64,000 nt of DNA from Bacteroidota bacterium (GTDB taxonomy: Bacteria; Bacteroidota; Bacteroidia; Bacteroidales; VadinHA17), in the NCBI GenBank assembly GCA_011050615.1, contig DRFJ01000050.1:64509-128508 (forward strand), read 5' to 3'. This document shows positions 19,794-30,734 of the stretch, in pieces; within the stretch, counting starts at the first letter, position 1, and every line of letters begins with the position of its first letter. A program made the translations under genes and the position numbers. The notes under the pieces are model-generated. The model was given only the letters and a program-made list of their open reading frames with translations. It was not told the origin of the DNA and did not search any database.

Positions 19794-20162
19794 ATGACAG
19801 AAAATAGTGACGAAGTATTACCATTGATTGACAATATAGTAAAGGGGATCTTTGAAAAAAAGGGAGAAAGGGTATTAAAACTTGATTTCAGGTCTTTGGA
19901 AAATTCAGTATGTGATTACTTTATAATATGCCATGGTAATTCAGTAACACAGGTTGATTCCATAACTGAATCAGTAGAATTACAGGTGAAGAAAAATACC
20001 GGCGGGCATCCGCATCACAGGGAAGGCATTGAGAACTGCCTCTGGGTATTACTGGATTATGGGGATGTTGTTGTACACATATTCCAGGAAGAATACAGGA
20101 ACTTCTATAACCTGGAAGCGTTATGGGCTGATGCGCTTATTGAAGAAATCAGGGATAATTAA
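19794..20162 (+). CDS. rsfS: Ribosome silencing factor
   Basis: DYFIICHG, WVLLDYGDVVVHIF, FYNLEALW. Confidence 0.96.
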   Translation: MTENSDEVLPLIDNIVKGIFEKKGERVLKLDFRSLENSVCDYFIICHGNSVTQVDSITESVELQVKKNTGGHPHHREGIENCLWVLLDYGDVVVHIFQEEYRNFYNLEALWADALIEEIRDN

Positions 20163-20176
20163 AATTATAGTTTGAG

Positions 20177-22306
20177 ATGACGGAAAAAAGCAGAAGAGAT
20201 CAAAATACAAATAAACCTGGTGGTGGTTCAGGGAAGAACGACAAGCCAAAAATAAATCCTATCTGGATATATCTTGCTATTGGCATTGGACTTATAGCCA
20301 TTAATTTTATGTTCGGGGGTAAGAGGGTTGAGAAAGTAGAGCAGTGGGGCCGTATTGAACAAATGATAGCTAATAAGGATATCAATAAAATCGTGGTTGT
20401 AAACAAGGAATACGCTGAGATATACCTTACCACACAGGCAATAGAATCAGGCAGGTATCCCGATATTTCAGGCTCCGGGAATTTTAGCTTTTCAGGGCCG
20501 TCTCCTAACTACACCTATCATTTTGCAACAGTTGAATTGTTCGATTCACGCATTAACGAGGTTCAGGAACAAAACAATTATGCAGAGTCGGAATGGATAC
20601 ATCCCATTTATGAAACCAGGAAGAATTATCTGGGTGAGATAATGGCCTGGATATTGCCCATGCTCCTGATTCTTGCCATCTGGTTATTTATTTTCAGGCG
20701 TATGGCAGGTGGCGGTGGCTCCGGGGGAGGCGCAGGTAATATCTTTTCTGTGGGAAAGTCCAAAGCAAAAATATTTGACAGGGAATCAAATGTGAAGATC
20801 GACTTCCATGATGTGGCCGGTCTTGAAGAAGCCAAGACGGAAGTTAAAGAAGTAGTTGATTTTCTCAAAAACCCGAAGAAATATACTGCACTTGGAGGTA
20901 AGATACCTAAAGGCGCATTATTGATTGGTCCTCCGGGAACGGGGAAAACCCTGCTTGCAAAGGCAGTGGCCGGGGAGGCAAATGTTCCTTTCTTTTCAAT
21001 TTCAGGATCCGACTTTGTCGAAATGTTTGTTGGTGTGGGAGCCTCAAGGGTTCGTGACCTGTTTAAGCAGGCAAAAGAAAAGGCACCATGTATTGTCTTC
21101 ATTGATGAGATAGATGCTGTAGGAAGGGCCAGGGGAAGGAACCCCAGTTTCGGGGCCAATGATGAACGTGAGAATACTCTTAACCAGTTGCTCACTGAGA
21201 TGGATGGCTTCGACAGTAATATAGGGGTCATTATCCTGGCAGCTACCAACAGGGCAGATGTGCTCGACAGGGCGCTTTTGAGGGCCGGACGATTCGACAG
21301 GCAGATTCATGTTGAACTGCCCGACCTTAATGAGAGAAAAGAGATATTTAAGGTTCATTTGCAACCTTTAAAACTCCCAAGGTCATTTAACATTGACTTT
21401 CTTGCCAAACAAACCCCCGGATTCTCAGGTGCTGATATTGCAAATGTATGTAATGAGGCAGCACTTATAGCCGCACGGAAAAACAAGAAAATGGTTGGCA
21501 AACAGGATTTTCTGGATGCAGTAGACAGGATAATTGGAGGACTGGAAAGGAAAAACAAGATTATTTCACCAGAGGAAAAAACAACCATAGCCTATCACGA
21601 AGCAGGACATGCAACCGTAAGCTGGTTGCTTGAACATGCCAGCCCCCTGGTGAAGGTTACAATAATACCACGTGGACGCGCACTTGGTGCAGCATGGTAC
21701 CTGCCGGAGGAAAGACAGCTCACCACAAGGGAACAAATCCTCGATGAGATAGCCTATGCCCTGGGAGGCCGGGCTGCCGAGGAACTGGTATTTAGCAGGA
21801 TATCAACGGGAGCTCTTAATGACCTTGAAAAAGTAACCAAGCAGGCCTACGCCATGGTAACTTATTTCGGCATGAGCGATCAGGTGGGTAATCTGAGTTT
21901 CTACGATTCTTCGGGCCAAAACGAGTACGGCTTCACCAAACCTTACAGTGAGAAAACTGCAGAATTGATTGATAAAGAAGCTAAACGGATTGTCGATGAG
22001 GCCTACCAGAGAGCTCTTGAGGTTTTGAAGAAACACAGAAAAGGCCTCAATACACTGGCTTCCCAGTTACTCGAAAAGGAAGTTATCTTCGGTGAAGACC
22101 TTGAAAAAATATTCGGGAAGAAAAAGGGGAACAGGCCGGCAATAGAAAAAACAGGAAGGCCGGCTAAAAAAAGAACTTCAAAAAAATCCCCGCCGACAGG
22201 AAAATCAGATGCGAAGAAAATAGATAAAGAAGACCCTGCAGGGAATAATACGGAAGGTGAATCAGCTGATAATAACCAGGCTGACACGAATGATTCACCT
22301 AACTAA
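20177..22306 (+). CDS. ftsH: ATP-dependent zinc metalloprotease FtsH
   Basis: Two TM segments, [20 protein letters not shown] second region of homology, HEAGH zinc motif. Confidence 0.98.
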   Translation: MTEKSRRDQNTNKPGGGSGKNDKPKINPIWIYLAIGIGLIAINFMFGGKRVEKVEQWGRIEQMIANKDINKIVVVNKEYAEIYLTTQAIESGRYPDISGSGNFSFSGPSPNYTYHFATVELFDSRINEVQEQNNYAESEWIHPIYETRKNYLGEIMAWILPMLLILAIWLFIFRRMAGGGGSGGGAGNIFSVGKSKAKIFDRESNVKIDFHDVAGLEEAKTEVKEVVDFLKNPKKYTALGGKIPKGALLIGPPGTGKTLLAKAVAGEANVPFFSISGSDFVEMFVGVGASRVRDLFKQAKEKAPCIVFIDEIDAVGRARGRNPSFGANDERENTLNQLLTEMDGFDSNIGVIILAATNRADVLDRALLRAGRFDRQIHVELPDLNERKEIFKVHLQPLKLPRSFNIDFLAKQTPGFSGADIANVCNEAALIAARKNKKMVGKQDFLDAVDRIIGGLERKNKIISPEEKTTIAYHEAGHATVSWLLEHASPLVKVTIIPRGRALGAAWYLPEERQLTTREQILDEIAYALGGRAAEELVFSRISTGALNDLEKVTKQAYAMVTYFGMSDQVGNLSFYDSSGQNEYGFTKPYSEKTAELIDKEAKRIVDEAYQRALEVLKKHRKGLNTLASQLLEKEVIFGEDLEKIFGKKKGNRPAIEKTGRPAKKRTSKKSPPTGKSDAKKIDKEDPAGNNTEGESADNNQADTNDSPN

Positions 22307-22320
22307 TCAGGCTTGAACAT

Positions 22321-22518
22321 ATGGAGAAGAAATGGGTCAAGATATATGAATCAAATAATGAAGTTAAAGTGGAAATGGCCCGTCAATTACTTGAGGATAA
22401 CGACATTGAAAGCGTTATTATAAACAAGAAAGACAGGTCCTACGGTTTTGGAGACTATGAGCTGTACTGCATGCGAGATTATGTTATAAGGGCAAAACTA
22501 TTGTTAAAAGAACTCTGA
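22321..22518 (+). CDS. DUF2007-like small protein
   Basis: 65 aa; W..IY....EMARQLLEDNDIESVIINKKD pattern; operonic position. Confidence 0.7.
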   Translation: MEKKWVKIYESNNEVKVEMARQLLEDNDIESVIINKKDRSYGFGDYELYCMRDYVIRAKLLLKEL

Positions 22519-22520
22519 TC

Positions 22521-23363
22521 TTGAGAAACTTATCCAGGCGAACACTAACAGGCTTTTTTTTAGTTGTTATTATACTGGGAGGATTGTGGCTGCACCCCCT
22601 GTCCTATCTCACAATAGGCTTAATATTGCTTGTCGGATCATTATATGAATATTACCGGCTTATTTCCGCTGCCGGATCACCGATACAGGAAGTAACAGGA
22701 ATAATTACGGCTGTTATAATATATATAATATCCGTATTTGTAGCGGCGGGCATTCTTGATGCTATATCCTACCTGCTTGTAATGGTTGCTGTTATCCTCA
22801 TTATTATTACTGAACTCTTCAGGAATGATGGTAAACCCTTTGACACACTTGCCCATACCATCTTCGGCCTTATCTTTATTTCAATTCCATATTCACTTTT
22901 TCCCTTTATGGCTTTTGGCTTCACGGAACCGGAAACTATTCTTCCGAATCGTATCCCGGGATTTTCACCAGGCCTGATGCTGGGCTTCCTGGTTCTGTCA
23001 TGGGGATTTGATGTCGGAGCCTACCTTTTTGGATCATACTTCGGGAAACATAAATTATTGGAAAAGATATCCCCTGATAAATCGTGGGAAGGTTTTATTT
23101 TCGGTCTTGTGACTGCTGTTTTGCTTGCGTGGCCGGTTTCCCTGTGGATTGAAACCCCGGGAACAAGAGGCTGGATACTTATAGCAGTACTAATATCCGT
23201 TACAGGTACCCTGGGCGACCTGGTAGAGTCGATGCTGAAAAGAAGCGCAGGAGTAAAAGATTCAGGTTCGCTACTGCCCGGGCACGGGGGAATACTGGAC
23301 AGGTTTGACAGCCTTATTCTCTCCCTGCCTTTCGTTTTCCTTTTCATCACACTCTTTGGTTGA
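22521..23363 (+). CDS. cdsA: Phosphatidate cytidylyltransferase
   Basis: ISPDKSWEG, GDLVESMLKR..GVKDSG..LPGHGGILDRFDS. Confidence 0.96.
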   Translation: MRNLSRRTLTGFFLVVIILGGLWLHPLSYLTIGLILLVGSLYEYYRLISAAGSPIQEVTGIITAVIIYIISVFVAAGILDAISYLLVMVAVILIIITELFRNDGKPFDTLAHTIFGLIFISIPYSLFPFMAFGFTEPETILPNRIPGFSPGLMLGFLVLSWGFDVGAYLFGSYFGKHKLLEKISPDKSWEGFIFGLVTAVLLAWPVSLWIETPGTRGWILIAVLISVTGTLGDLVESMLKRSAGVKDSGSLLPGHGGILDRFDSLILSLPFVFLFITLFG

Positions 23364-23393
23364 TTTATACTATATTATTAGTTTCATGACACC

Positions 23394-24050
23394 ATGAAGA
23401 TTCACAAAGAAGGACATAAATTGATCTTTTACAGTATCGCTTCCCTGTCGGTACTGAATATCATAGTGATATACTTCTTTAAGGAAATTCAGCCTTTATG
23501 GATAAGCATACTTTCACTATCAATACTCATGCTGCTTTTTATAGTCTCTTTCTTCAGAAAACCGGAAAGGGAAGTAAAAGAAAGCCCGGGTAAAATCCTT
23601 TCCCCTGCTGATGGCAGGGTGGTGGCCATAGAAGAAATGCATGAAAATGAATACTTCAATGAAAGGAAATTACAGGTCTCGGTCTTCATGAGCCTGATTA
23701 ATGTACATTATAATACATACCCGGTGTCAGGTACGGTTAAATATGTGAAATACCATCCCGGGAAATTCTATCCTGCATATCATCCGAAATCTTCAGTCAA
23801 CAATGAAAGAATAAGTATAGTGATTGAAACTGATGAGGGTACTGAAATACTGATCAGGCAAATTGCAGGCTTCGTTGCCCGGAGAATTACCACAGATGCA
23901 AAGCCGGGAATGAAAGTAAGGCAGGGCGACGAACTTGGCTTTATTAAATTTGGCTCAAGGGTGGATATTTTCCTTCCCCCCGGGACCAGAGTGAATGTTG
24001 GCTTATCACAGCCGGTCAGGGCAAGCCGGGATATTATGGCTGAAATATAA
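23394..24050 (+). CDS. psd: Phosphatidylserine decarboxylase proenzyme
   Basis: FFRKPER, SPADG, NVHYN, GFIKFGSRVD self-cleavage motif. Confidence 0.95.
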   Translation: MKIHKEGHKLIFYSIASLSVLNIIVIYFFKEIQPLWISILSLSILMLLFIVSFFRKPEREVKESPGKILSPADGRVVAIEEMHENEYFNERKLQVSVFMSLINVHYNTYPVSGTVKYVKYHPGKFYPAYHPKSSVNNERISIVIETDEGTEILIRQIAGFVARRITTDAKPGMKVRQGDELGFIKFGSRVDIFLPPGTRVNVGLSQPVRASRDIMAEI

Positions 24051-24079
24051 TTATTTTAAACACTAATTCGTACCGAGAG

Positions 24080-25315
24080 ATGAATACAAGTGAAAAAAAG
24101 GAAGATAATAGGGTAATTGACATAACAAATGATGTAAGCTGGATAGGAATCCTTGATTATGATATCGTGACCTTTGATATTGTTATGAAGACGGAGTATG
24201 GGACTACCTATAATTCTTATTTTATCAATGCAGATAAAAAAGCCATTATCGAAACGGCAAAGGAAAAATTTGCGGATGTTTATATTAAAAAAATAAAACA
24301 GCTTGCCGACCCTTCAGAGATTCAATATATCATCTTAAATCATACCGAGCCCGATCATTCCGGATCGTTGAAACATGTGCTTGAGCTGGCTCCCGGTGCA
24401 ACAGTTGTCGGTAGCGGTAATGCCATAAGATATCTGAATGACATGTTCGACTTTTCTTTTAAGAGCATGGTAGTAAAGGATGGAGATACTCTTGATCTGG
24501 GCAATAAGACACTCAGGTTTATTTCTGCTCCCAACCTGCACTGGCCCGACACAATGTACACCTACCTTGAGGAAGACAAATTGCTCTTTACCTGTGATTC
24601 ATTCGGCGCCCATTATTGCGATGAACGAATCTTTGATGACATGGTAGGTGACTTCAACGATGGTTTCAAATATTATTTCGACGTTATCCTTAAACCTTAC
24701 AGCAGGTTTATGCTTAAGGCAATCGATAAAATACGGTCGCTTGAGATTGACGCTATTTGCACAGGTCATGGGCCAGTACTGAGAAAAAATTGGAAGAAAT
24801 ATGTTGACCTGAGTGAAAAATATGCCCGTGAATATATCGATGCCACAACGGGAGAAAGAAAGATGAGAGTTCTAATTACTTATGTTTCAGCCTATGGCTA
24901 TACAAAAGAAATGGCAGAAGCTATTGCCATGGGCGTTGAAAGCGGGGGAAACGTAGAGGTCAGAATTCTTGATATTGAGAATATAGAATTGGGTGATCTT
25001 GATTCTGAAGTACTTAAGGCTGATGCTCTTCTCGTGGGATCTCCCACCATCAATCAGAATACCCTGCTGCAGGTCTATAAACTTTTTTCGGTAATTAACC
25101 CGCTGAGAGACAAGGGTAAACTGGCTGCATCATTTGGCTCTTACGGTTGGAGCGGAGAAGCCCCGGCCATTATTGCTTCAAACCTGAAAAACCTTAAGTT
25201 GAAAGTGCTGGAGGAAAATGCCGCTTTCAAGTTCAGGCCCGGAGAAGAAACAAGAACCGAACTGGTTGCTTACGGCAATAGATTTGCGAGGGAACTGACA
25301 TCTTTAATGGGTTGA
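24080..25315 (+). CDS. fprA: Flavodiiron protein (FprA, metallo-beta-lactamase plus flavodoxin)
   Basis: HTEPDH, HWPD, CDSFG, GHG diiron ligands; SAYGYT and FGSYGWSGEA flavodoxin motifs. Confidence 0.95.
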   Translation: MNTSEKKEDNRVIDITNDVSWIGILDYDIVTFDIVMKTEYGTTYNSYFINADKKAIIETAKEKFADVYIKKIKQLADPSEIQYIILNHTEPDHSGSLKHVLELAPGATVVGSGNAIRYLNDMFDFSFKSMVVKDGDTLDLGNKTLRFISAPNLHWPDTMYTYLEEDKLLFTCDSFGAHYCDERIFDDMVGDFNDGFKYYFDVILKPYSRFMLKAIDKIRSLEIDAICTGHGPVLRKNWKKYVDLSEKYAREYIDATTGERKMRVLITYVSAYGYTKEMAEAIAMGVESGGNVEVRILDIENIELGDLDSEVLKADALLVGSPTINQNTLLQVYKLFSVINPLRDKGKLAASFGSYGWSGEAPAIIASNLKNLKLKVLEENAAFKFRPGEETRTELVAYGNRFARELTSLMG

Positions 25316-25456
25316 ACTCCTTTTAAACTTTAAGGCACAAAGCCTTGCGCTTAATCTCATACGCACAGGTGGTGTGTCTCTACTTTTATCTTTTTACTTT
25401 TGTCTTTATTATTATATTTACACTCTGAACCAGGCCTGACCGTAAAATTTTATAAT

Positions 25457-25696
25457 ATGGGGTTGCTGAAGAATACCTTTTATAATATTTTCCGATTTTA
25501 CAGGAATGGTTTTCTTTCCATGCCGGCATGGGGAAGGAAGGTATGGCTGGTAATCCTGATTAAGCTGTTTATAATGTTTGCTGTACTGCGAATATTCTTT
25601 TTCCCCGATATCCTGAAGAAAAACTTTGACAGCGACAGGGAAAGGGGAGAGCATGTACTTAATGAATTAATAATTAAACCTGATACTGATGATTGA
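25457..25696 (+). CDS. DUF4492 small membrane protein (cydAB-associated)
   Basis: FYRNGF..M..WGRKVWLVILIKLFIMFAVLRIFFFPD; overlaps the cydA start. Confidence 0.85.
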   Translation: MGLLKNTFYNIFRFYRNGFLSMPAWGRKVWLVILIKLFIMFAVLRIFFFPDILKKNFDSDRERGEHVLNELIIKPDTDD

Positions 25697-27257
25697 GAAT
25701 ATCGACTTGTCTTTAGTCGATTGGTCAAGGGGGCAGTTTGCCCTGACCGCCATTTATCACTGGCTCTTTGTTCCGCTTACGCTCGGTTTGTCCTTGATTC
25801 TTGTCATTATGGAGACAAAATACGTGCGTACGGGCTCTGAAAAATGGAAGAAAACAACCAAATTCTGGATGAAATTATTCGGCATTAATTTTGCCATAGG
25901 CGTATCTACCGGGCTGATTCTTGAATTTGAGTTCGGTACCAACTGGTCAAATTATTCATGGTTCGTTGGAGATATTTTTGGAGCCCCCCTGGCCGTTGAG
26001 GGCATTATGGCTTTTTTTCTTGAATCAACCTTTGTCGCGGTGATGTTTTTTGGATGGGATAAGGTAAGCAAACGCTTTCATCTTGCCTCAACATGGCTGG
26101 TGGCTATAGGAGCTAACCTGTCGGCTCTTTGGATACTTGTTGCCAATGCCTGGATGGAGAACCCTGTAGGAATGGTCTTTAATCCCGATACGGCAAGAAA
26201 CGAAATGCAAAGCTTCTGGCAAGTATTATTTAACCCGGTGGCAATGGATAAATTCTTTCATACAATAACTTCGGGTTTTGTACTGGCTTCCTTCTTCGTA
26301 ACCGGAATAAGTGCATGGTTCCTCATTCGTAACAGGGAAAAGGAAATGGCGGTAAAAAGTATAAAAGTGGCTGCCATATTTGGCACATTTGGATCGCTGG
26401 TACTGATCTTTACAGGTGATACATCAGCCAGGACACTAGCACAGGTGCAGCCCGTGAAATTTGCTGCTATGGAAGCATTATACGAAGGGCAAACAGATGC
26501 CGGCTTAACCGCTTTCGGTATCCTTACCGGTAAGGATGGGGCAGACGAAGATGGCCTGGATGAGAAAGATATAATTGCTTCAATAGAAATACCCGGCCTC
26601 CTGTCAATAATGACAAATGGGGAACGTGATTCATACGTCGCAGGCATAAAGGATCTTGTGTACGGGAATGAAGAAAGGGGCATAATACCCGTTTCCGAAA
26701 AGATAGAAAGAGGCAGGCTTGCAAGGCAGACCTTGATTGATTACAGGGAAGCACAGGAAATGGGTAATGAGGCAGTGGCAAATGAGTTGGGGAAGAAGTT
26801 CGGAAGTAATGATTTCCAGGAAGAATACTTCCGTTATTTCGGGTATTCATATATAAACAGGCCGGCCGATGTTGTACCAGACGTGCCTTTGATCTTTTAC
26901 AGTTTTCACCTTATGGTGGCGCTGGGTTTTCTCTTCCTGCTTCTCCAGATCCTTGCATGGTTTTATACGGCCCGGGGCTCAATGGAAAATAAAAAGATAT
27001 TCCAATGGATACTTTTATTAAGCATCCCCCTTCCTTACCTTGCCTCAGTTCTTGGCTGGCTGGTAACAGAAATGGGGAGGCAGCCCTGGATAATACAGGA
27101 CCTGATGCCTGTCGGTATTGCTGTATCCAGCATTAGCACATCAGCTGTTCAGACAACATTCTGGTTATTCGCAGCTCTCTTCACGGCCTTGCTGATCGCG
27201 GAGGTCTCTATAATGACCAGGCAAATCAAAATCGGACCTAAAATAGAGGAGGAATAG
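25689..27257 (+). CDS. cydA: Cytochrome bd ubiquinol oxidase subunit I
   Basis: QFALTAIYHWLFVPL, EFEFGTNW, QPVKFAAME, EMGRQPW. Confidence 0.97.
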   Translation: MIENIDLSLVDWSRGQFALTAIYHWLFVPLTLGLSLILVIMETKYVRTGSEKWKKTTKFWMKLFGINFAIGVSTGLILEFEFGTNWSNYSWFVGDIFGAPLAVEGIMAFFLESTFVAVMFFGWDKVSKRFHLASTWLVAIGANLSALWILVANAWMENPVGMVFNPDTARNEMQSFWQVLFNPVAMDKFFHTITSGFVLASFFVTGISAWFLIRNREKEMAVKSIKVAAIFGTFGSLVLIFTGDTSARTLAQVQPVKFAAMEALYEGQTDAGLTAFGILTGKDGADEDGLDEKDIIASIEIPGLLSIMTNGERDSYVAGIKDLVYGNEERGIIPVSEKIERGRLARQTLIDYREAQEMGNEAVANELGKKFGSNDFQEEYFRYFGYSYINRPADVVPDVPLIFYSFHLMVALGFLFLLLQILAWFYTARGSMENKKIFQWILLLSIPLPYLASVLGWLVTEMGRQPWIIQDLMPVGIAVSSISTSAVQTTFWLFAALFTALLIAEVSIMTRQIKIGPKIEEE

Positions 27258-27259
27258 TC

Positions 27260-28390
27260 ATGTTATTTGCTATGTCACATTCTTTTCTCCAGGAGTACTG
27301 GTGGTTTCTCGTTTCACTTCTCGCCAGCCTGCTGGTATTTCTGATGTTTGTACAGGGCGGACAGTCATTTATTTTTACCCTGGCTGCGAATGAACAACAA
27401 AAAACTATGATTGTAAATGCCATGGGACGTAAGTGGGAATTTACATTTACCACCCTGGTAACTTTCGGGGGAGCATTTTTTGCTTCTTTCCCTCTTTTTT
27501 ATGCTACCAGTTTCGGCGGAGCTTACTGGGTCTGGATGGCTATTCTTTTCAGCTTTGTGATCCAGGCTATAGCATATGAATATCGAACCAAACCGTCCAA
27601 TGTGCTGGGAACAAAAACCTTTGAGATCTTTCTCCTGATAAACGGAGCACTTTCACCTTTCTTGATAGGTGTTGCTGTTGCTACATTCTTTACGGGAGCT
27701 AATTTTTCTATCAATGAAATGAATATGGGTAAATGGGATACACCGTGGCACGGTCTTGAAGCCTTATTGAACCTGAGAAATTTATCCCTGGGATTAACGG
27801 TTCTTTTCCTTGACCGCCTCCTGGGTTTGATGTATATTATTAACAGCATTGATGATGATGAATTAATACTGGGGGCCAGGAAGAAAGCTATCATAAACCT
27901 GGTCCCCTTTCTTATAGGCTTCCTTTATTTTATTATTAGCCTTTTAATTGCAGAAGGCTTTGCTGTTGACCCGGAGAGTGGAAGGGTCTTTATGGAAAAG
28001 GCCAAATACTTTCACAATCTGGTGGAAATGCCCCCGGTCTTCATAATGTTTCTCTCAGGTACTGTACTTGTGCTCTTTGGCCTCTACCGTACTGTTTTTA
28101 CTGAAAGAACCGACCCGGTATGGTTTGCTGGCTTCGGCACAGTAATAGTGGTTTTGTCATTATTCCTTCTGGCGGGGTATAATAATACTTCCTTCTATCC
28201 CTCATTAAGCGATTTGCAGAGTTCACTGACCATCAGGAATGCTTCTTCAAGCCATTTTACGCTGAAAACAATGATGTATATCTCGTTTATCATTCCCTTT
28301 GTTTTTGCTTATATCTGGTATGCATGGAGTGCTATTAACAGGAAAAAAATTGATAAGGAAGAAATAGGTGGTGAAGGACATTTATATTAG
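27260..28390 (+). CDS. cydB: Cytochrome bd ubiquinol oxidase subunit II
   Basis: KWEFTFTTLVTFGGAFFASFP, SLTIRNASSS. Confidence 0.96.
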   Translation: MLFAMSHSFLQEYWWFLVSLLASLLVFLMFVQGGQSFIFTLAANEQQKTMIVNAMGRKWEFTFTTLVTFGGAFFASFPLFYATSFGGAYWVWMAILFSFVIQAIAYEYRTKPSNVLGTKTFEIFLLINGALSPFLIGVAVATFFTGANFSINEMNMGKWDTPWHGLEALLNLRNLSLGLTVLFLDRLLGLMYIINSIDDDELILGARKKAIINLVPFLIGFLYFIISLLIAEGFAVDPESGRVFMEKAKYFHNLVEMPPVFIMFLSGTVLVLFGLYRTVFTERTDPVWFAGFGTVIVVLSLFLLAGYNNTSFYPSLSDLQSSLTIRNASSSHFTLKTMMYISFIIPFVFAYIWYAWSAINRKKIDKEEIGGEGHLY

Positions 28391-28397
28391 TAAGTAA

Positions 28398-29522
28398 ATG
28401 AGTATTCTCAGGATACAGGAATGGTTTGATGATATTGGTGTCAGGCCGGTTATGATAGCCGGTCCGTGCAGCGCTGAATCGGATGTACAAATACAGAAGA
28501 CAGCTGATGCTTTAAGCGGCCCATGCAGACCTTCATTATTCAGGGCGGGAATATGGAAACCACGGACCAGGCCCGGCACCTTCAGCGGTGTGGGAACAAA
28601 GGGTCTGCAATGGATGATTAAGGTAAAAGAGCGAACGGGTATGAGGTTAACAGTTGAGGTAGCCAGCCCCCGCCATGTGGAAGCATGCCTGAAAGCAGGG
28701 ATAGATGTAATATGGCTGGGTGCACGAACAGTCTCAAATCCCTTCTCCGTACAGGAAATTGCCGAATCTTTAAAAGGAACGGATATACCGGTACTGGTTA
28801 AGAATCCGCTTAATCCTGATATTGATCTATGGATGGGAGCCATCGAAAGGATAAATAATGCAGGTATAAGTAAACTGGCTGCCGTTCACCGGGGCTTCTC
28901 ACCCTTTGAAAGAACAAGGTACAGGAATATGCCCAAATGGGAAATTGCCATTGAACTCAGGCGAAGGATAAAGGAGATATCTGTCCTGTGCGACCCAAGC
29001 CACATAGGAGGTGATGTTTCAGTGGTGCCTGAACTGGCACAGAAAGCAATGGACCTGAATATGGATGGACTGATGCTGGAAGTGCACCATGATCCTCTTT
29101 CTGCCCTGAGCGACAGCAGGCAGCAACTGCTTCCGGAGAATTATTGCAGTCTGATGAGAAACCTGGTGATAAGATGCCCCAAACCTGAAGACCCGGGATT
29201 CATCAATCAGCTTGAAGAATTGAGAAGCCAGATTGATTCTGTTGATCATCAGTTAATTGAATTGTTATCAAGACGGCTCGAGATAATAGATTTGATAGGA
29301 CAGTATAAGTACAGGAATAATGTTGCTATCCTTCAAATGGACAGATGGTTGGAAATCCTTAATACACGGCTGGAGCTGGCAGGCCTACTGGGACTTGATC
29401 GTGATTTCACCGAAAAATATCTGAAGCTCATGCATCAGGAGTCGATTCGCAGACAGACTGAAATAATGCAGAAACTGGAAGAAAAACCCGGAGGCTCAGC
29501 TGATAAGGGCCCAGATAATTGA
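28398..29522 (+). CDS. Bifunctional DAHP synthase (I-beta)/chorismate mutase
   Basis: IAGPCSAES, WKPRTRPG, LCDPSH; C-terminal AroQ-like LRSQIDSVD...R...IG.YK. Confidence 0.92.
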   Translation: MSILRIQEWFDDIGVRPVMIAGPCSAESDVQIQKTADALSGPCRPSLFRAGIWKPRTRPGTFSGVGTKGLQWMIKVKERTGMRLTVEVASPRHVEACLKAGIDVIWLGARTVSNPFSVQEIAESLKGTDIPVLVKNPLNPDIDLWMGAIERINNAGISKLAAVHRGFSPFERTRYRNMPKWEIAIELRRRIKEISVLCDPSHIGGDVSVVPELAQKAMDLNMDGLMLEVHHDPLSALSDSRQQLLPENYCSLMRNLVIRCPKPEDPGFINQLEELRSQIDSVDHQLIELLSRRLEIIDLIGQYKYRNNVAILQMDRWLEILNTRLELAGLLGLDRDFTEKYLKLMHQESIRRQTEIMQKLEEKPGGSADKGPDN

Positions 29523-30194
29523 TACAATTATGTAAAGTATAATTATCAGGGGTAGGGATGCAAATCCTGCTCCCCCTATCAACAAAGCCGATGAGCCAAG
29601 AAAAACTATCCTTAATTCATTCCCTTTAAACCTCAGATGCCTGAATTTGAATGAAAACATTGGTATGCCGGTAATCATAAGCGAAGAAAACAGTATGGTA
29701 AGAAAACACAGGACCGCCCTTGAATTGATAAGACCCTGAATCAACTGACTGTTTCCATACTCAGCGGCAAAAACAAGGGAAATAATAAAGAAAGCATTCC
29801 CCGGCGTGGGCAAACCCCTGAAATGATCACTCTGGGCTTTGTCAATATTGAACCTTGCAAGACGCAGGCCCGAAAAGGCAGGTATCAGAACAGGAGTATA
29901 TTGTATATAGCCTGCAATGGAATCAAGCCCCTCAGCTGAAACAATAAGTCTGTACATTAATAAGCCGGGAGCAATACCAAAGCTCACCATGTCGGCAAGA
30001 CTGTCAAGCTGCAGGCCAATCCCGGAAAAGGCTTTTAGCAGGCGGGCAGCCAGACCATCTCCAAAATCAAACAGGAGAGATGCTGTAATAAACCATACTG
30101 AAAGCTTAAGGTTACCATTCATTATCATTATAATGGCAACGAAACCTGAAACCAGGTTCATAAGCGTCAGCAGGTTTGGAATGTGCTTTTTCAT
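29496..30194 (-). CDS. pssA: CDP-diacylglycerol--serine O-phosphatidyltransferase
   Basis: IPNLLTLMNL, DFGDGLAAR...G..LDSLADMVSFG, RLARFN, FRGLPTP; start ATG 30194. Confidence 0.92.
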   Translation of the reverse strand: MKKHIPNLLTLMNLVSGFVAIIMIMNGNLKLSVWFITASLLFDFGDGLAARLLKAFSGIGLQLDSLADMVSFGIAPGLLMYRLIVSAEGLDSIAGYIQYTPVLIPAFSGLRLARFNIDKAQSDHFRGLPTPGNAFFIISLVFAAEYGNSQLIQGLINSRAVLCFLTILFSSLMITGIPMFSFKFRHLRFKGNELRIVFLGSSALLIGGAGFASLPLIIILYIIVSIIWALIS

Positions 30195-30284
30195 GTAAGG
30201 AGTCAATCCCGTATATTGATGTAAATTAATATAAATTTTATCAATAATCCCAATTTGTATATTTTTACATGAATTTAATATCTG

Positions 30285-30734
30285 ATGGAAAATTTGCATA
30301 ATCTTAAAATAGCTATTGATTTCGACGGAACTATTGTTGAACACGAATACCCTGAGATAGGTAAGGAAAAATTATTTGCCTTTGAAACAATGAGGGAATT
30401 GCAGAAACATGGTGCCCTACTTATATTATGGACCTTCAGGGCTGGAAATGAACTGGATGAGGCAGTTGAATATTGCAGAAAAAAAGGGATAGAGTTTTAT
30501 GCCGTCAACAAAAACTATCCTGAGGAAGAATTCAACAGTGCAATCAGCCGGAAAATAAATGCCGATGTATATATTGATGATAAAAATATCGGAGGTTTCC
30601 CGGGATGGAGCAGCATCTGGCAACAACTGAGCATGTATGATGATATGGAAAAGGAAGCTATCAGGAAGCTTAACCGCCGCAAATCAGTTTTCAGGAGGCT
30701 GTTTGGCCGAAAGAAAGAAGGTGGTCGAAGTTGA
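30285..30734 (+). CDS. BT0820-like HAD phosphatase
   Basis: IAIDFDGTIV, WTFR, RKINADVYIDDKN. Confidence 0.88.
   Translation: MENLHNLKIAIDFDGTIVEHEYPEIGKEKLFAFETMRELQKHGALLILWTFRAGNELDEAVEYCRKKGIEFYAVNKNYPEEEFNSAISRKINADVYIDDKNIGGFPGWSSIWQQLSMYDDMEKEAIRKLNRRKSVFRRLFGRKKEGGRS

Noticed and set aside
20626-21249. 207-aa antisense ORF inside ftsH and similar shadow ORFs in lon, susC, dnaJ and the sigma54 regulator
   Set aside because: Typical antisense shadows of conserved genes, with no independent motifs.
30216-30229. FNR-like box TTGAT-N4-ATTAA
   Set aside because: One mismatch in very AT-rich DNA, and the flanking genes (pssA, HAD) are not obvious targets.
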